This document shows, one piece after another, positions 27,006 through 36,654 of a stretch of 38,086 bases of DNA. The DNA is from Clostridia bacterium (lineage in GTDB: Bacteria > UBA6262 > WVXT01). Below the pieces are notes generated by a model that saw only the letters and a program-made list of their open reading frames with translations, searched no databases and had not been told where the DNA came from. The DNA lies in the NCBI GenBank assembly GCA_030671905.1, contig DAOVHK010000001.1, positions 1-38,086 on the forward strand, in the 5' to 3' direction. Each line of letters begins with the position of its first letter. Within the stretch, counting starts at the first letter, position 1. A program made the position numbers and the translations under genes.

Positions 27006-27824
27006 ATGGCAGAAAATATTGGTAAACGACTCCAGGAAGCTCGTCGGCGTAAAGAAATTAGCTTACAGCAAGTTTCAGAAGAGACGAAAATAAGCAAGGA
27101 GTACCTGAAAGCCTTGGAAAAAGAAGAATACGGTCTCTTTCCAGCAAAGGTTTATGTAGTCTCATTTATCAGAAGTTATGCTCGCTATCTGGGGCTGGAC
27201 GCTGAAGTGCTTGTCCATATTTATAAGAGAGAGCATTCCGGACGAAAAGACAGAATGGGTCTCAATCCTGAATTTCCTATTGTGGTGAGTCAGGGTGGAG
27301 AAGAGAAATCGAAACTTAAAAGAGGGATTACTGCATTTCGATTTACCAAGAAGGGTCTCATTCCATTTATCTTGGCTACAGGAGTGATTGTGGGGGTGGG
27401 TCTTTTGGTGATTTCTTATCTTTACTCAGCTTTATGGCAACTCTCTCCACAGGTGAAAGCAGGAACAAATATCTCCACTAATATTCCCCAAAATATTTCT
27501 GTGATAGCGGAAATAAATGATAAGACCTGGTTACGAGTAGTTGAGGATGGAGTGGTCTCTTTTGAAGGAATACTGTTTCCTGGTGAAAACAGAAGATGGA
27601 TGGCAGAAAATGGAATGAATGTTCGCATTGGAAACGTAGATGGTGTCAAACTATATGTAAATGGGGAAGAAGTGGATACTATTTCTGGAAATTTAGGACA
27701 GGTTAATGAGTTGGTTTTCACCAGGTTAAATGGAAAAGATTCGATTAAGATGGAACAGAAACGGTTTCTGCGAGTGAAAAAAATGGGACCAGTGGAAAAC
27801 GAATTACAAAAAGAGGAAAGATAA
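27006..27824 (+). CDS. rodZ: RodZ-like cytoskeleton protein (HTH, one TM, DUF4115)
   Basis: XRE-type HTH IGKRLQEARRRKEISLQQVSEETKISKEYLKALEKEEY, TM helix LIPFILATGVIVGVGLLVISYLY, and a C-terminal DUF4115-like domain (DKTWLRVVEDG...VRIGNVDGVKLYVNGEEV). Confidence 0.8.
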   Translation: MAENIGKRLQEARRRKEISLQQVSEETKISKEYLKALEKEEYGLFPAKVYVVSFIRSYARYLGLDAEVLVHIYKREHSGRKDRMGLNPEFPIVVSQGGEEKSKLKRGITAFRFTKKGLIPFILATGVIVGVGLLVISYLYSALWQLSPQVKAGTNISTNIPQNISVIAEINDKTWLRVVEDGVVSFEGILFPGENRRWMAENGMNVRIGNVDGVKLYVNGEEVDTISGNLGQVNELVFTRLNGKDSIKMEQKRFLRVKKMGPVENELQKEER

Positions 27825-28463
27825 GTGAATTTAGCCAACAAACTTACTATGGTAAGAATTATTGCCATTCCCTTTTTTTTACTGTTTATGTTTATAGGTA
27901 ATATTTATACCCGGGTAGCAGCTCTTCTAATTTTCATTCTGGCGGCACTCACCGATATGTACGATGGGATTATTGCTCGCCATCGAGAGGAAGTCACTAA
28001 TTTCGGAAAGTTCATAGATCCCCTTGCTGATAAATTGATAGTTTCTGCTGCTTTCATTTCTTTCGTTCAGTTAAGGGAGCTGGCAATACCTGCCTGGATG
28101 GTTATCCTTGTGATCAGTCGCGAATTTATAATAACAGGATTGAGAAGTGTAGCGGCGTCCAGGGGAACAATAATTTCAGCTTCCCTTTCCGGAAAATTTA
28201 AGACGACCTCACAAATGGTAGTCATTATCACTATTCTGCTAATCTTGATTGTCAATGCTGTGTTGAAGAATTATTGCCACACCACTCCTTTGGAATTACA
28301 GGCTTTTCTGGGTTGGAAAAGAGTGCTTGGATATATTTTAGATAGAGCTCCTTACTGGTTGATGCTTGTGGTTACGATTTTGACCGTGATTTCAGGATTT
28401 AATTACATTTTCAAAAATAAACAGCTACTTTTTGAAGAGATAAGCAGTAAAACCACAAGATAA
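27825..28463 (+). CDS. pgsA: CDP-diacylglycerol--glycerol-3-phosphate 3-phosphatidyltransferase
   Basis: CDP-alcohol phosphatidyltransferase motif DMYDGIIARHREEVTNFGKFIDPLADK. The GTG start abuts the rodZ stop. Confidence 0.92.
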   Translation: MNLANKLTMVRIIAIPFFLLFMFIGNIYTRVAALLIFILAALTDMYDGIIARHREEVTNFGKFIDPLADKLIVSAAFISFVQLRELAIPAWMVILVISREFIITGLRSVAASRGTIISASLSGKFKTTSQMVVIITILLILIVNAVLKNYCHTTPLELQAFLGWKRVLGYILDRAPYWLMLVVTILTVISGFNYIFKNKQLLFEEISSKTTR

Positions 28464-28516
28464 ACCCAGTTAGCAAAAGATATAACATCTTTACATTATA
28501 GGGTAAGGAAGAAAAG

Positions 28517-28957
28517 ATGAATTGGGTTATTAGATTTTTAGCGACAGGATTTTTTGTTGGCTATTCGCCATTTGCTCCAGGGACAATGGGAACACTGGTA
28601 GCCTTTCTGCTTTATGCTATTTTACCTACAACCATTCCCTTCTACTGGATGCTCATTTTATGCTTAATTATTGGCGGAACCATGATTTCTCACCAGGCAG
28701 AAAATATCATAGGCGAAGTCGATTCTCCTAAAATAGTTATTGATGAGATATGTGGATACTTTATCGCTATGGCCTTTTTGCCCAAAACGCTTGGGTTGAT
28801 GATTGTAGGATTTATTATCTATCGGCTTCTGGATGTAATCAAGGTATATCCGATGAAGAAGTTAGAAATGCTTTCCGGAGGCCTGGGGATAATGCTTGAT
28901 GATGTTTGTGCGGGCATAATAACTAATATTATTTTACACATAATTCACACACTATAA
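28517..28957 (+). CDS. pgpA: phosphatidylglycerophosphatase A
   Basis: 146-aa membrane protein with [25 protein letters not shown] and [10 protein letters not shown]. Confidence 0.88.
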   Translation: MNWVIRFLATGFFVGYSPFAPGTMGTLVAFLLYAILPTTIPFYWMLILCLIIGGTMISHQAENIIGEVDSPKIVIDEICGYFIAMAFLPKTLGLMIVGFIIYRLLDVIKVYPMKKLEMLSGGLGIMLDDVCAGIITNIILHIIHTL

Positions 28958-28976
28958 GAGAGAAAGGAGGAAAAAA

Positions 28977-29987
28977 ATGGGAAAAGATGAGAAAGTAAAA
29001 GCTTTGGAGGCAGCAGTATCCCAGATTGAAAAACAGTTCGGGAAAGGAACAATAATGAGGTTGGGTAATGGGGCTTATAAGGGGGAAGTGGGAGTGATTC
29101 CCACTGGCGCCCTAGCATTAGACGTAGCTTTAGGGGTGGGGGGAGTGCCTAGAGGAAGAGTGATGGAAATCTTCGGTCCGGAAGGGGGAGGAAAGACCAC
29201 TCTCTCTCTCCAGATAATTGCCAATGCTCAAAGAATGGGAGGGACAGCTGCTTTCGTAGATGCCGAGCACGCCATGGACCCAACCTATGCCGGCAAGTTG
29301 GGAGTGGACATCGAAAACCTCCTGATTTCCCAGCCCGATAACGGCGAGCAGGCTCTGGAGATTACTGAGACTCTGGTTCGTAGCGGAGCTATCGATGTAA
29401 TTGTGATCGATAGCGTAGCTGCTCTGGTGCCCAGGGCAGAAATAGAGGGTCAAATGGGCGACGCGCAGATGGGCTTACAGGCGAGGTTGATGTCCCAGGC
29501 TCTCAGGAAACTTACCTCCTGTATATCTAAATCTAATACCAGTGTAATTTTTATTAATCAAATAAGAGAAAAGATAGGCATAATGTTTGGCAATCCAGAG
29601 ACGACTCCAGGAGGAAGAGCATTGAAGTTCTATTCTTCTGTTAGACTGGACATTCGTCGTATAGGCGCTATTAAGGCGGGAGAGGTGCATATAGGTAACC
29701 GCATAAGAGTTAAGGTCGCCAAAAATAAGGTAGCTCCACCTTTCCGAAAGGCAGAGTTCGACATGATGTATAATGAGGGTATCTCCAGAGAGGGTTCCCT
29801 TTTGGATGTTGCGCTGGAAAATAACCTGATTGATAAGAGTGGAACCTGGTTTTCTTACAAAAGAAACAGAATTGGACAGGGAAGAGAGAATGCCAAGTCT
29901 TACCTGAAAGAAAACCCAGATATCACCCAGGAAATCGATAACATTCTAAGAGAAAAGCTACTTAGCTCGAAAGAAGAAGCTCAATAG
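28977..29987 (+). CDS. recA: recombinase RecA
   Basis: [16 protein letters not shown], Walker [20 protein letters not shown] and [28 protein letters not shown]. Confidence 0.98.
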   Translation: MGKDEKVKALEAAVSQIEKQFGKGTIMRLGNGAYKGEVGVIPTGALALDVALGVGGVPRGRVMEIFGPEGGGKTTLSLQIIANAQRMGGTAAFVDAEHAMDPTYAGKLGVDIENLLISQPDNGEQALEITETLVRSGAIDVIVIDSVAALVPRAEIEGQMGDAQMGLQARLMSQALRKLTSCISKSNTSVIFINQIREKIGIMFGNPETTPGGRALKFYSSVRLDIRRIGAIKAGEVHIGNRIRVKVAKNKVAPPFRKAEFDMMYNEGISREGSLLDVALENNLIDKSGTWFSYKRNRIGQGRENAKSYLKENPDITQEIDNILREKLLSSKEEAQ

Positions 29988-29990
29988 AAC

Positions 29991-30605
29991 ATGCTAAAGA
30001 TATTCACAGTTGGCCCCATGGGGGCCAATTGTTATATTCTTTATAATCCTGATAAAAGAGAAGGATTGATTATTGACCCTGGTGCGGAAGGGTCGCATTT
30101 AATTAAATTTATTAAACAAGAAAAAATCTCCATTAACTACATCGTCAATACTCACGGACATCCAGACCATATAGGTGCCAACCGCAAGATCAAAGAGCAT
30201 ACTAATGCTCCAATCTTGATTCATCAATACGACGCTCCTATGCTTGCAAAAAGTGGGAGCGTTCTTTCTTTCATCTTTCCTTTAGAGTCCTCTTCACCTG
30301 TGGCGGACACTTTCATAAAAGACGGAGATTTAATCGAATGCGCGGGAATGAAGCTGAAGGTTCTCCATACTCCCGGACATACGCCGGGAGGAATCTCACT
30401 TTTGATAGATGATTCCATCTTTACTGGCGACACGCTGTTTTCAGGTTCGATTGGCCGAAGCGACTTACCCGGCGGTTCTCCACAGGTACTTTTAAATTCA
30501 ATAAAGAAAATTTTGTCCTTGGATGAAAATTTAATTATATACCCCGGACATGGTCCATCGACCACCGTTAGGCAGGAACTCCACAGTAACCCCTTTATAA
30601 CATGA
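29991..30605 (+). CDS. MBL-fold metallo-hydrolase (glyoxalase II-like)
   Basis: NTHGHPDH (HxHxDH), HTPGHTPG, FTGDTLF and YPGHG motifs. Confidence 0.85.
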   Translation: MLKIFTVGPMGANCYILYNPDKREGLIIDPGAEGSHLIKFIKQEKISINYIVNTHGHPDHIGANRKIKEHTNAPILIHQYDAPMLAKSGSVLSFIFPLESSSPVADTFIKDGDLIECAGMKLKVLHTPGHTPGGISLLIDDSIFTGDTLFSGSIGRSDLPGGSPQVLLNSIKKILSLDENLIIYPGHGPSTTVRQELHSNPFIT

Positions 30606-31501
30606 AAAATTCCGAGCTTCTTGACGAATTTATCAACTACATAGATGCGGAAAAAGGTCTGTCAAAAAATACAAAGTTGGCTTACCACAGAGACCTCTCG
30701 CAGTATCTCGCATATTTGGAAGAGAATCGCAAAATTGCCACTCGCATCACCCATAGCGACCTTATGGAGTTCTTACTGATTAAAAGGAGATATCTATCGC
30801 CTTCCTCGTTAGCTAGGGCAATAACTTCAATTAAGATGTTTCATCGTTTCTTAGTATCAGATAACTATTGTAAAATGGATCCCACTCAGAACTTAGATTC
30901 CCCGCATCTCGGCATGAGACTACCCAATGTGTTGACTTTTGCCGAAGTGGAAGTATTGCTTAACGCTCCTCCTGATATCCCCGCAGGAATCAGAGACAGG
31001 GCAATGATGGAGCTTCTCTATGCCACGGGAATGAGGGTCTCAGAAATTATTAATCTTGAGCTGGAAGACGTTAATCTTAAATTGGGCTATTTACGTTGCC
31101 TTGGCAAACGGAGGAAAGAGCGCATTATTCCCATCGGTTCTGAGGCAATTAAGTTCATAAATATCTATCTGAAAAAGGTAAGGTCTGTCCATAAAGCACT
31201 CTCCAAACCGTCTACACGGCAGCCGAAGAGTCTCTTTTTAAATCCCTCAGGCAGAAAACTTTCTCGTGTAGGATTCTGGAAGATAATTAAGAGATACGCT
31301 ATTCTTTCCGGAATAACTAAAGAGATAACACCACATACATTGAGGCATTCTTTTGCCACCCATCTCTTAGAACGGGGTGCTGATCTGCGTTCAATTCAGG
31401 AGATGTTGGGACATGAAAATATCTCTACCACCCAGATATATACCCACCTAACCCGCGAACGTTTAAAAGACCTCCACAAAAAATTCCATCCTCGGGGTTA
31501 A
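30602..31501 (+). CDS. xerD: site-specific tyrosine recombinase XerD/XerC
   Basis: N-terminal SAM-like domain (AEKGLSKNTKLAYHRDL), RDRAMMELLYATGMRVSE, HTLRHSFATHLL and GHENISTTQIYTH (catalytic Tyr). I cannot separate XerC from XerD by eye. ATGA overlap with the upstream gene. Confidence 0.88.
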   Translation: MKNSELLDEFINYIDAEKGLSKNTKLAYHRDLSQYLAYLEENRKIATRITHSDLMEFLLIKRRYLSPSSLARAITSIKMFHRFLVSDNYCKMDPTQNLDSPHLGMRLPNVLTFAEVEVLLNAPPDIPAGIRDRAMMELLYATGMRVSEIINLELEDVNLKLGYLRCLGKRRKERIIPIGSEAIKFINIYLKKVRSVHKALSKPSTRQPKSLFLNPSGRKLSRVGFWKIIKRYAILSGITKEITPHTLRHSFATHLLERGADLRSIQEMLGHENISTTQIYTHLTRERLKDLHKKFHPRG

Positions 31502-31614
31502 GGTAGTGTAGTCCTTTATGGGCGTAATCTTTACCGGGGACACGTCCTTGGGCGACCATAAAGGTCGCCCCTACGCGACCAAAACCATTACGGGCATAAA
31601 GCCCTACACTACCT
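31501..31614. repeat. long copy of the hairpin-rich palindromic intergenic repeat (MITE/REP-like, or a structured RNA)
   Basis: Perfect 10-bp termini GGTAGTGTAG / CTACACTACC, 27-nt imperfectly complementary arms, and a 60-nt core. The core contains GGGCGACC-ATAAA-GGTCGCCC (31550-31570) and an alternative GGTCGC/GCGACC pairing. The element starts at the last base of the xerD stop codon. Confidence 0.75.
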
Positions 31615-31633
31615 ATATGAGACAAAATTCGTC

Positions 31634-31662
31634 TTGAAAATACGGGAGAAATGGGTTATAAT
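31634..31662 (+). promoter_or_regulatory. near-consensus sigma70 promoter of the MoxR operon
   Basis: TTGAAA (31634-31639), a 17-nt spacer, then TATAAT (31657-31662). SD AAAGGAGG precedes ATG 31693. Confidence 0.6.
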
Positions 31663-31692
31663 ACTAAAAAATAGTTTTAAAGGAGGAATTTT

Positions 31693-32697
31693 ATGGTTAG
31701 ACCAGAGGGAAAAGAAGATTTGAAGTTAGTGGAAAAGTTAGCCCAGGGACGGAAATCGATTCTGGAACAACTCCATAAGATAATTGTGGGGCAGGACGAG
31801 GTGATTGAACAGCTCCTGATTGCTCTTTTTGCCCGAGGTCACTGTCTAATTGTAGGCGTGCCTGGTCTGGCCAAGACAATGTTGATCTCTACGATTGCCG
31901 AGATTCTCGATTTGAAATTCCAGAGAATCCAATTTACCCCAGATCTTATGCCCTCTGATATCACGGGAACAGATGTGATTGAAGAGAATATTTCCACAGG
32001 AAAGAGAAGTTTCCGTTTCATCAAGGGACCCATCTTTGCTAACATAGTCTTGGCAGACGAGATTAATCGTACTCCTCCCAAAACACAATCTGCTCTCCTG
32101 CAGGCTATGCAAGAGTATAAGGTTACTGCCAGTGGAAATACTTACCCTTTAGAACTTCCCTTCTTCGTCTTAGCTACCCAGAATCCCATTGAGCAGGAAG
32201 GGACATATCCCTTGCCCGAAGCCCAGCTTGACCGATTCTTCTTTGAGGTGAATATCGACTACCCTAAGTATGAAGAGGAAAAGGAGATTGTCACTAAAAC
32301 CACCTCCACTTTCCAGGCGAAATTAATAAAAACTCTTAATGCTAAAGAGATAATCCATCTACAGGAGATTGTGCGAAAAGTCCCGGCTTCCGAGTATGTT
32401 GTTAACTATGCAGTAAATTTGGTGACAGCTACCCGACCATCTTCATCCAAAGCTCCGGAATTCATCAAAAGGTGGGTTGGGTGGGGAGCGAGCCCCAGGG
32501 GTTCACAAAACTTAATCTTAGGAGGAAAAGCAAGGGCAATCCTTAATGGACGCTTCAACGTCTCGGTGGAAGACATCAAGGCATTAGCTCACCCTGTTCT
32601 CCGCCATCGTATCCTACTCAACTTTAATGCAGAGGCTGAAGGCGTGCGCACTGATCAAGTAATAGATAAATTACTAAAAACAGTTCGGGAAACTTGA
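31693..32697 (+). CDS. MoxR-family AAA+ ATPase
   Basis: Walker A GVPGLAKT and Walker B VLADEINR. ATQNPIEQEGTYPLPEAQLDRF is typical of MoxR. Confidence 0.93.
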   Translation: MVRPEGKEDLKLVEKLAQGRKSILEQLHKIIVGQDEVIEQLLIALFARGHCLIVGVPGLAKTMLISTIAEILDLKFQRIQFTPDLMPSDITGTDVIEENISTGKRSFRFIKGPIFANIVLADEINRTPPKTQSALLQAMQEYKVTASGNTYPLELPFFVLATQNPIEQEGTYPLPEAQLDRFFFEVNIDYPKYEEEKEIVTKTTSTFQAKLIKTLNAKEIIHLQEIVRKVPASEYVVNYAVNLVTATRPSSSKAPEFIKRWVGWGASPRGSQNLILGGKARAILNGRFNVSVEDIKALAHPVLRHRILLNFNAEAEGVRTDQVIDKLLKTVRET

Positions 32698-32762
32698 GTC
32701 TGGGAGCAATAGGGTTTCACAGAAGAAAAAAGTACCTGTCCCCTTTTTTCTAGGAGTTAAAA

Positions 32763-33659
32763 GTGGAAGAGTCAAAAAAAGGTTACATCGACCCTTTAAT
32801 TGTGGCTAAACTTTCCACCATGCTTCTCAAAGCAAGATTTGTGGTTGAGGGATTTATTGCCGGACTACACCAGAGCCCCTATAGAGGTTTTAGCCTCGAA
32901 TTCGCCCAGCACAGAGAGTACTCACCAGGGGATGAAACCAGACATGTAGATTGGAAAGTCTATGGGCGAAAAGACAAATACTTCGTCAAACAGTATCAGG
33001 AAGAGACAAACTTGAAAGGATATATTCTCCTTGATAGAAGTGCCTCTATGGGATATAAGAGCAAGGGAATAACTAAGCTCCAGTATGGTTCCTATTTAGC
33101 AGCATCTTTAGCCTTTTTGATGCTCAGACAGCAGGACTCTGTGGGACTGGCCACTTTCGATGAGAGGATTAAAAAATATATTCCTCCCCGCCAGAGCAAG
33201 GGGCACCTTTCGCTAATCTTAGACGAACTGGAGAAACTGGTTCCCTCTTCCCAAACAGGAATAAACCGCTCTCTTCAGGAACTAGGGCAATATACCAAAC
33301 GACGGGGATTGATTATTCTAATTTCTGATCTTTTGGATGAACAGGAAAAGGTTCTGAATGCTTTGAAGTACTTCCGGTTTAAGAAACATGAAGTAATAGT
33401 CTTTCATCTTCTCGACCCCGCCGAGATGGAACTTCCCTTTACCAACGTCCTCTGGCTGGAAGATATGGAGAATGGAAAAAGAGTTCTAACCCATCCCCAG
33501 ATCATCCGGGAGAAGTATAAAAGTGTAATAAAAGAATTTGTAGAAACGTACAAGTTAAGTTGTTTAAGAAGCGATATAGATTATTGTCTTATGGACACAA
33601 AAACTCCTCTTGATTTTGCATTAGGAGCATACCTTGCCAGGAGGAAAATGTTAAGGTGA
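32763..33659 (+). CDS. DUF58 (vWA-like) protein
   Basis: YRGFSLEFAQHREYSPGDETRHVDWK is the DUF58 signature. DRSAS (DxSxS) lies at 33033-33047. GTG start. Confidence 0.88.
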   Translation: MEESKKGYIDPLIVAKLSTMLLKARFVVEGFIAGLHQSPYRGFSLEFAQHREYSPGDETRHVDWKVYGRKDKYFVKQYQEETNLKGYILLDRSASMGYKSKGITKLQYGSYLAASLAFLMLRQQDSVGLATFDERIKKYIPPRQSKGHLSLILDELEKLVPSSQTGINRSLQELGQYTKRRGLIILISDLLDEQEKVLNALKYFRFKKHEVIVFHLLDPAEMELPFTNVLWLEDMENGKRVLTHPQIIREKYKSVIKEFVETYKLSCLRSDIDYCLMDTKTPLDFALGAYLARRKMLR

Positions 33660-33662
33660 GAG

Positions 33663-35843
33663 ATGAACATAACATTTTTAAATCCATCGTTCCTGTGGGG
33701 TTTACCAGTAGTTTCCATTCCCGTACTTATCCATCTCCTCTCCAGAAGAAGGCCGGTAACTTCCCAATTTTCTTCTGTTAAGTTTATTCAATTAGCCTCC
33801 ACCACAGTAGTTAGACGGTTTAAATTGAAACAGCTAATCTTACTTATATTGAGGTCTCTTATTCTTCTCCTGTTAACTCTTCTTTTCGCCAGGCCTGTGG
33901 TGAGGAGAATGCCTCTGTTTGCCCAGGCAGAAGGGGTCTCACGGTCCAGTGTAATCCTCATCGACAACTCTTATTCTATGGGATATATGAAAGAAGGGGA
34001 ATCCCTGTTCGCTCTAGCCAAGAAAGTGGCTAGACGTATTCTGAAAATGACCAAAAGAGGTGACCGCGCAGCGCTCTTTTTAATTTCTGATGAGGTAAAG
34101 CCTTTAGTTTCCTATCTCACTGACGACAAGCAGATTCTCTGGGAGAGGTTGGAGAAAGGCACCTTGAGTTTCCGTCCTACGAATCTCCTCCCGGGTATCT
34201 CTCAGGCATATAAAATTCTCCAGGAGTCCGGTTCACCAAATAGAGAGATTATCCTGATTACAGATTTGGGAATCAACGGATGGCAGGGAATTGACGGAAA
34301 GAGTATAAAAGAATTCGACCCGGAAGTGAAATTTATTATTATCGATTTAAATAGGGAATTGTTTTCCAATGTCGCTATAGCAGAAGTCGATTGTCGCCGA
34401 CTGACTATGGGAGAGACCTCCCAGATATCGGCTAAGATAAGAAATTATTCTAAAGAAAAAATTTCCCGTCTATTTGTTTCAGTTTATCTGAAGCCGCAAA
34501 GCAAGTTTCAAATTGACAGAGAAACTGGAGAGAAAGTAGGCCAGGGCTTTGTAGATTTAAAAGGGGGAAGAGAAGCCAGTAAAGATTTCTTCTACAATTT
34601 CCCTCGAGAAGGAACTTATCTGGGAAAGGTGGAGATTCAGGAAGACAGTCTCCCATCTGACGATAGATTCTACTTTAAAGCAGAGGCATTAGAGAAAATT
34701 AAGGTGCTTCTGATTGATGGCCATCCGGGAATTTCCTCTTTTTCCAGTGAAACATTCTATTTAACACTCAGCCTTTCACCGACCACCTCCGAAGTTTCCA
34801 CTGGACAGTCACCATTAGTGGTGAAGGTGGTCACGCCGGATGGATTTCCCCAAGAGAAATTAGACGATTTTTCTGTAATCTTCCTGGCTAATGTGGGAAA
34901 AGTTACCAGTTCCTTAAGGGAGAGACTCACAAATTTTGTCCGGGAAGGGGGGGGAGTCGTCTTTTCCCTGGGTGATAACGTGAATGCCCAAGAATATAAT
35001 CTTAATTTTGACAACCTCTTGCCAGCTAAGTTGGTGGAAGTTAAAGGAAAATCTAAAGGAAAAAGAGAATTCAAAGCGATTGATTTTCAAGACTTTACTC
35101 ACCCAATCTTACAGGTTTTTGCCCAAGGGAAAGAGGGAGATTTAACCCGAACAAGATTCTACCAATACTTCGCCACTCGGGTTAAACCTTCAGCAAAGGT
35201 GGTTCTCGGTCTTGCAGATGGACTACCTTTACTTATCGAGGGAGAACTGCCGTATCCCGGGGCAGGGAAGGTGTTACTGTTCACCTCTACTTTAGACCGT
35301 GACTGGAATAACTTGCCCAGCAAGCCAGTCTTTTTACCTTTAATCCAACAAATGGTTCGCTACCTAGCTCTCTCTACTTTAAGGGAAGAACCTTGGGGAA
35401 CTTTTCTTGTTGGCGAGGAAATAAGATATAAACTGGGCCCAGGAGAACTACCTCCATCTGTAGAAATAATCGGTCCTCAGGGAAAAAAGTTTTCAGTGAT
35501 TCCCGTCCAGAAGAGAGATTTCTCTGGTATAGAATTTGGCCCTGTGGAGGTGCCCGGTATCTATCAGCTCTCATACATAGCGGATGGAAAATGGAATAAT
35601 AAATATCTACCGCTTAACCTCGATATAGAAAGCAATGAGTCTGATTTGGCCAAAATGGGAACCAGGGAAATAAGAAAACTTTTTCTCACCACACCTATTA
35701 AGATAATCGATGACTTGACTAATTTAGAAAAAGAGATTCTACAACTCCTCTATGGAAAGGAAATATCCAAAAACTTAACCTTTCTTTTAGTGGGATTCCT
35801 GTTTTTAGAGGTTTTTCTGGCAAATCCACGTGGAAAGAGGTAG
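33663..35843 (+). CDS. BatA-N-terminal-domain membrane protein with a vWA-like domain
   Basis: FLNPSFLWGLPVVSIPVLIHLL matches the aerotolerance-regulator N-terminal 2-TM domain. DNSYS (DxSxS) lies at 33963-33977. C-terminal TM LTFLLVGFLFLEVFL. Confidence 0.8.
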   Translation: MNITFLNPSFLWGLPVVSIPVLIHLLSRRRPVTSQFSSVKFIQLASTTVVRRFKLKQLILLILRSLILLLLTLLFARPVVRRMPLFAQAEGVSRSSVILIDNSYSMGYMKEGESLFALAKKVARRILKMTKRGDRAALFLISDEVKPLVSYLTDDKQILWERLEKGTLSFRPTNLLPGISQAYKILQESGSPNREIILITDLGINGWQGIDGKSIKEFDPEVKFIIIDLNRELFSNVAIAEVDCRRLTMGETSQISAKIRNYSKEKISRLFVSVYLKPQSKFQIDRETGEKVGQGFVDLKGGREASKDFFYNFPREGTYLGKVEIQEDSLPSDDRFYFKAEALEKIKVLLIDGHPGISSFSSETFYLTLSLSPTTSEVSTGQSPLVVKVVTPDGFPQEKLDDFSVIFLANVGKVTSSLRERLTNFVREGGGVVFSLGDNVNAQEYNLNFDNLLPAKLVEVKGKSKGKREFKAIDFQDFTHPILQVFAQGKEGDLTRTRFYQYFATRVKPSAKVVLGLADGLPLLIEGELPYPGAGKVLLFTSTLDRDWNNLPSKPVFLPLIQQMVRYLALSTLREEPWGTFLVGEEIRYKLGPGELPPSVEIIGPQGKKFSVIPVQKRDFSGIEFGPVEVPGIYQLSYIADGKWNNKYLPLNLDIESNESDLAKMGTREIRKLFLTTPIKIIDDLTNLEKEILQLLYGKEISKNLTFLLVGFLFLEVFLANPRGKR

Positions 35844-35846
35844 TTT

Positions 35847-36620
35847 GTGATGGGACAAGGGAAGTTTGGCTCGTTACTGGTTATAGGTATAGTTATTTGT
35901 AATTTGATTGCCAGTCCTCTTCCAGCCGAGCAGAGGGACAGGTTTGTGTTCAGTCAACTGCGGTATAAAGGAGGAGACTGGGATCCCTATCCTACGGCAT
36001 ATAAGGAGATTCTCCACTACCTGATGACAACTACCAGTGTGAAAGCTCAAAGAGCAAGAAGAGAATTATCATTGAATGCTCCAGAACTTTTCTCTTCTCC
36101 TTTTCTGTATATGACCGGTCACGAGGAATTTGCTCCCTTTACTCGGCAAGAGATAGAGAACCTCAAGCGTTATTTATCCTGTGGAGGGCTACTGTTTATA
36201 GATGATGCTTCCGCAGGGAAAAATCTCGGCTTCAACAGGGCAGTGCATAGGGAACTGGAAAAACTTTTTCCTGATGGAAAGCTAAAAAGGATTCCTTCAG
36301 ACCATGCTGTTTTTCGTTCATTCTATCTATCTCCCCGTGTTGTTGGCCGAAGGGTAGGCAATCCTTATCTGGAAGGCATCGATATTGATGGTCAAACAGT
36401 GGTAATCTACTCCCAGAATGACCTGGGAGGAGCCTGGGTTAGAGATAGATTAGGGAACTGGCTTTATGAATGTGTTCCCGGAGGAGAATTGCAAAGATTG
36501 GAAGCAATGAAACTCTTTTTAAACGTCATTATCTATTCTTTAACTGGCACATATAAGAGAGATGTTATTCATCAACCCTATATTCAACAGAAACTGAAGA
36601 CTCGCAAGACAGCACCGTAA
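35847..36620 (+). CDS. secreted DUF4159-like protein
   Basis: Signal-peptide-like N-terminus followed by FVFSQLRYKGGDWDPYP and GGLLFIDD. The family name is recalled from typical MoxR/BatA clusters. Start is GTG 35847 or ATG 35850. Confidence 0.75.
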   Translation: MMGQGKFGSLLVIGIVICNLIASPLPAEQRDRFVFSQLRYKGGDWDPYPTAYKEILHYLMTTTSVKAQRARRELSLNAPELFSSPFLYMTGHEEFAPFTRQEIENLKRYLSCGGLLFIDDASAGKNLGFNRAVHRELEKLFPDGKLKRIPSDHAVFRSFYLSPRVVGRRVGNPYLEGIDIDGQTVVIYSQNDLGGAWVRDRLGNWLYECVPGGELQRLEAMKLFLNVIIYSLTGTYKRDVIHQPYIQQKLKTRKTAP

Positions 36621-36654
36621 ACGGTGCCCGACCAGGGAGGGGGGGAAGTTAACA

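Noticed and set aside
28476-28492. Inverted repeat AAAGAT-ATAAC-ATCTTT upstream of pgpA-recA, considered as a possible SOS/LexA-type operator.
   Set aside because: Only 6 AT-rich bp per arm, with no resemblance to the LexA box types I know (CTGT-N8-ACAG or GAAC-N4-GTTC). The associated promoter-like hexamers are poor, so it is too weak to report as a site.
30602-31501. Tyrosine recombinase as a possible integrase marking a mobile element or island border, given the adjacent repeat.
   Set aside because: The sequence has the housekeeping XerC/XerD pattern, including the N-terminal SAM-like domain. The gene is translationally coupled to the upstream MBL gene, and the flanks carry core genes with no phage, plasmid or att-like direct repeats. 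The adjacent palindrome has a second copy far from any recombinase.
31425-31625. Minus-strand 66-aa ORF spanning the xerD 3' end and the palindromic repeat.
   Set aside because: The reading frame is a by-product of xerD antisense sequence and the GC-rich palindrome. The short copy at 15001-15058 cannot encode a related peptide, so the repeat is conserved at the nucleotide and structure level, not as protein.
32698-32762. GAAAAAAG ... CTTTTTTC inverted repeat in the moxR-DUF58 spacer, considered as a possible internal terminator.
   Set aside because: The stem is almost purely A-T with a 10-nt loop and would be unstable. The operon context argues for read-through.
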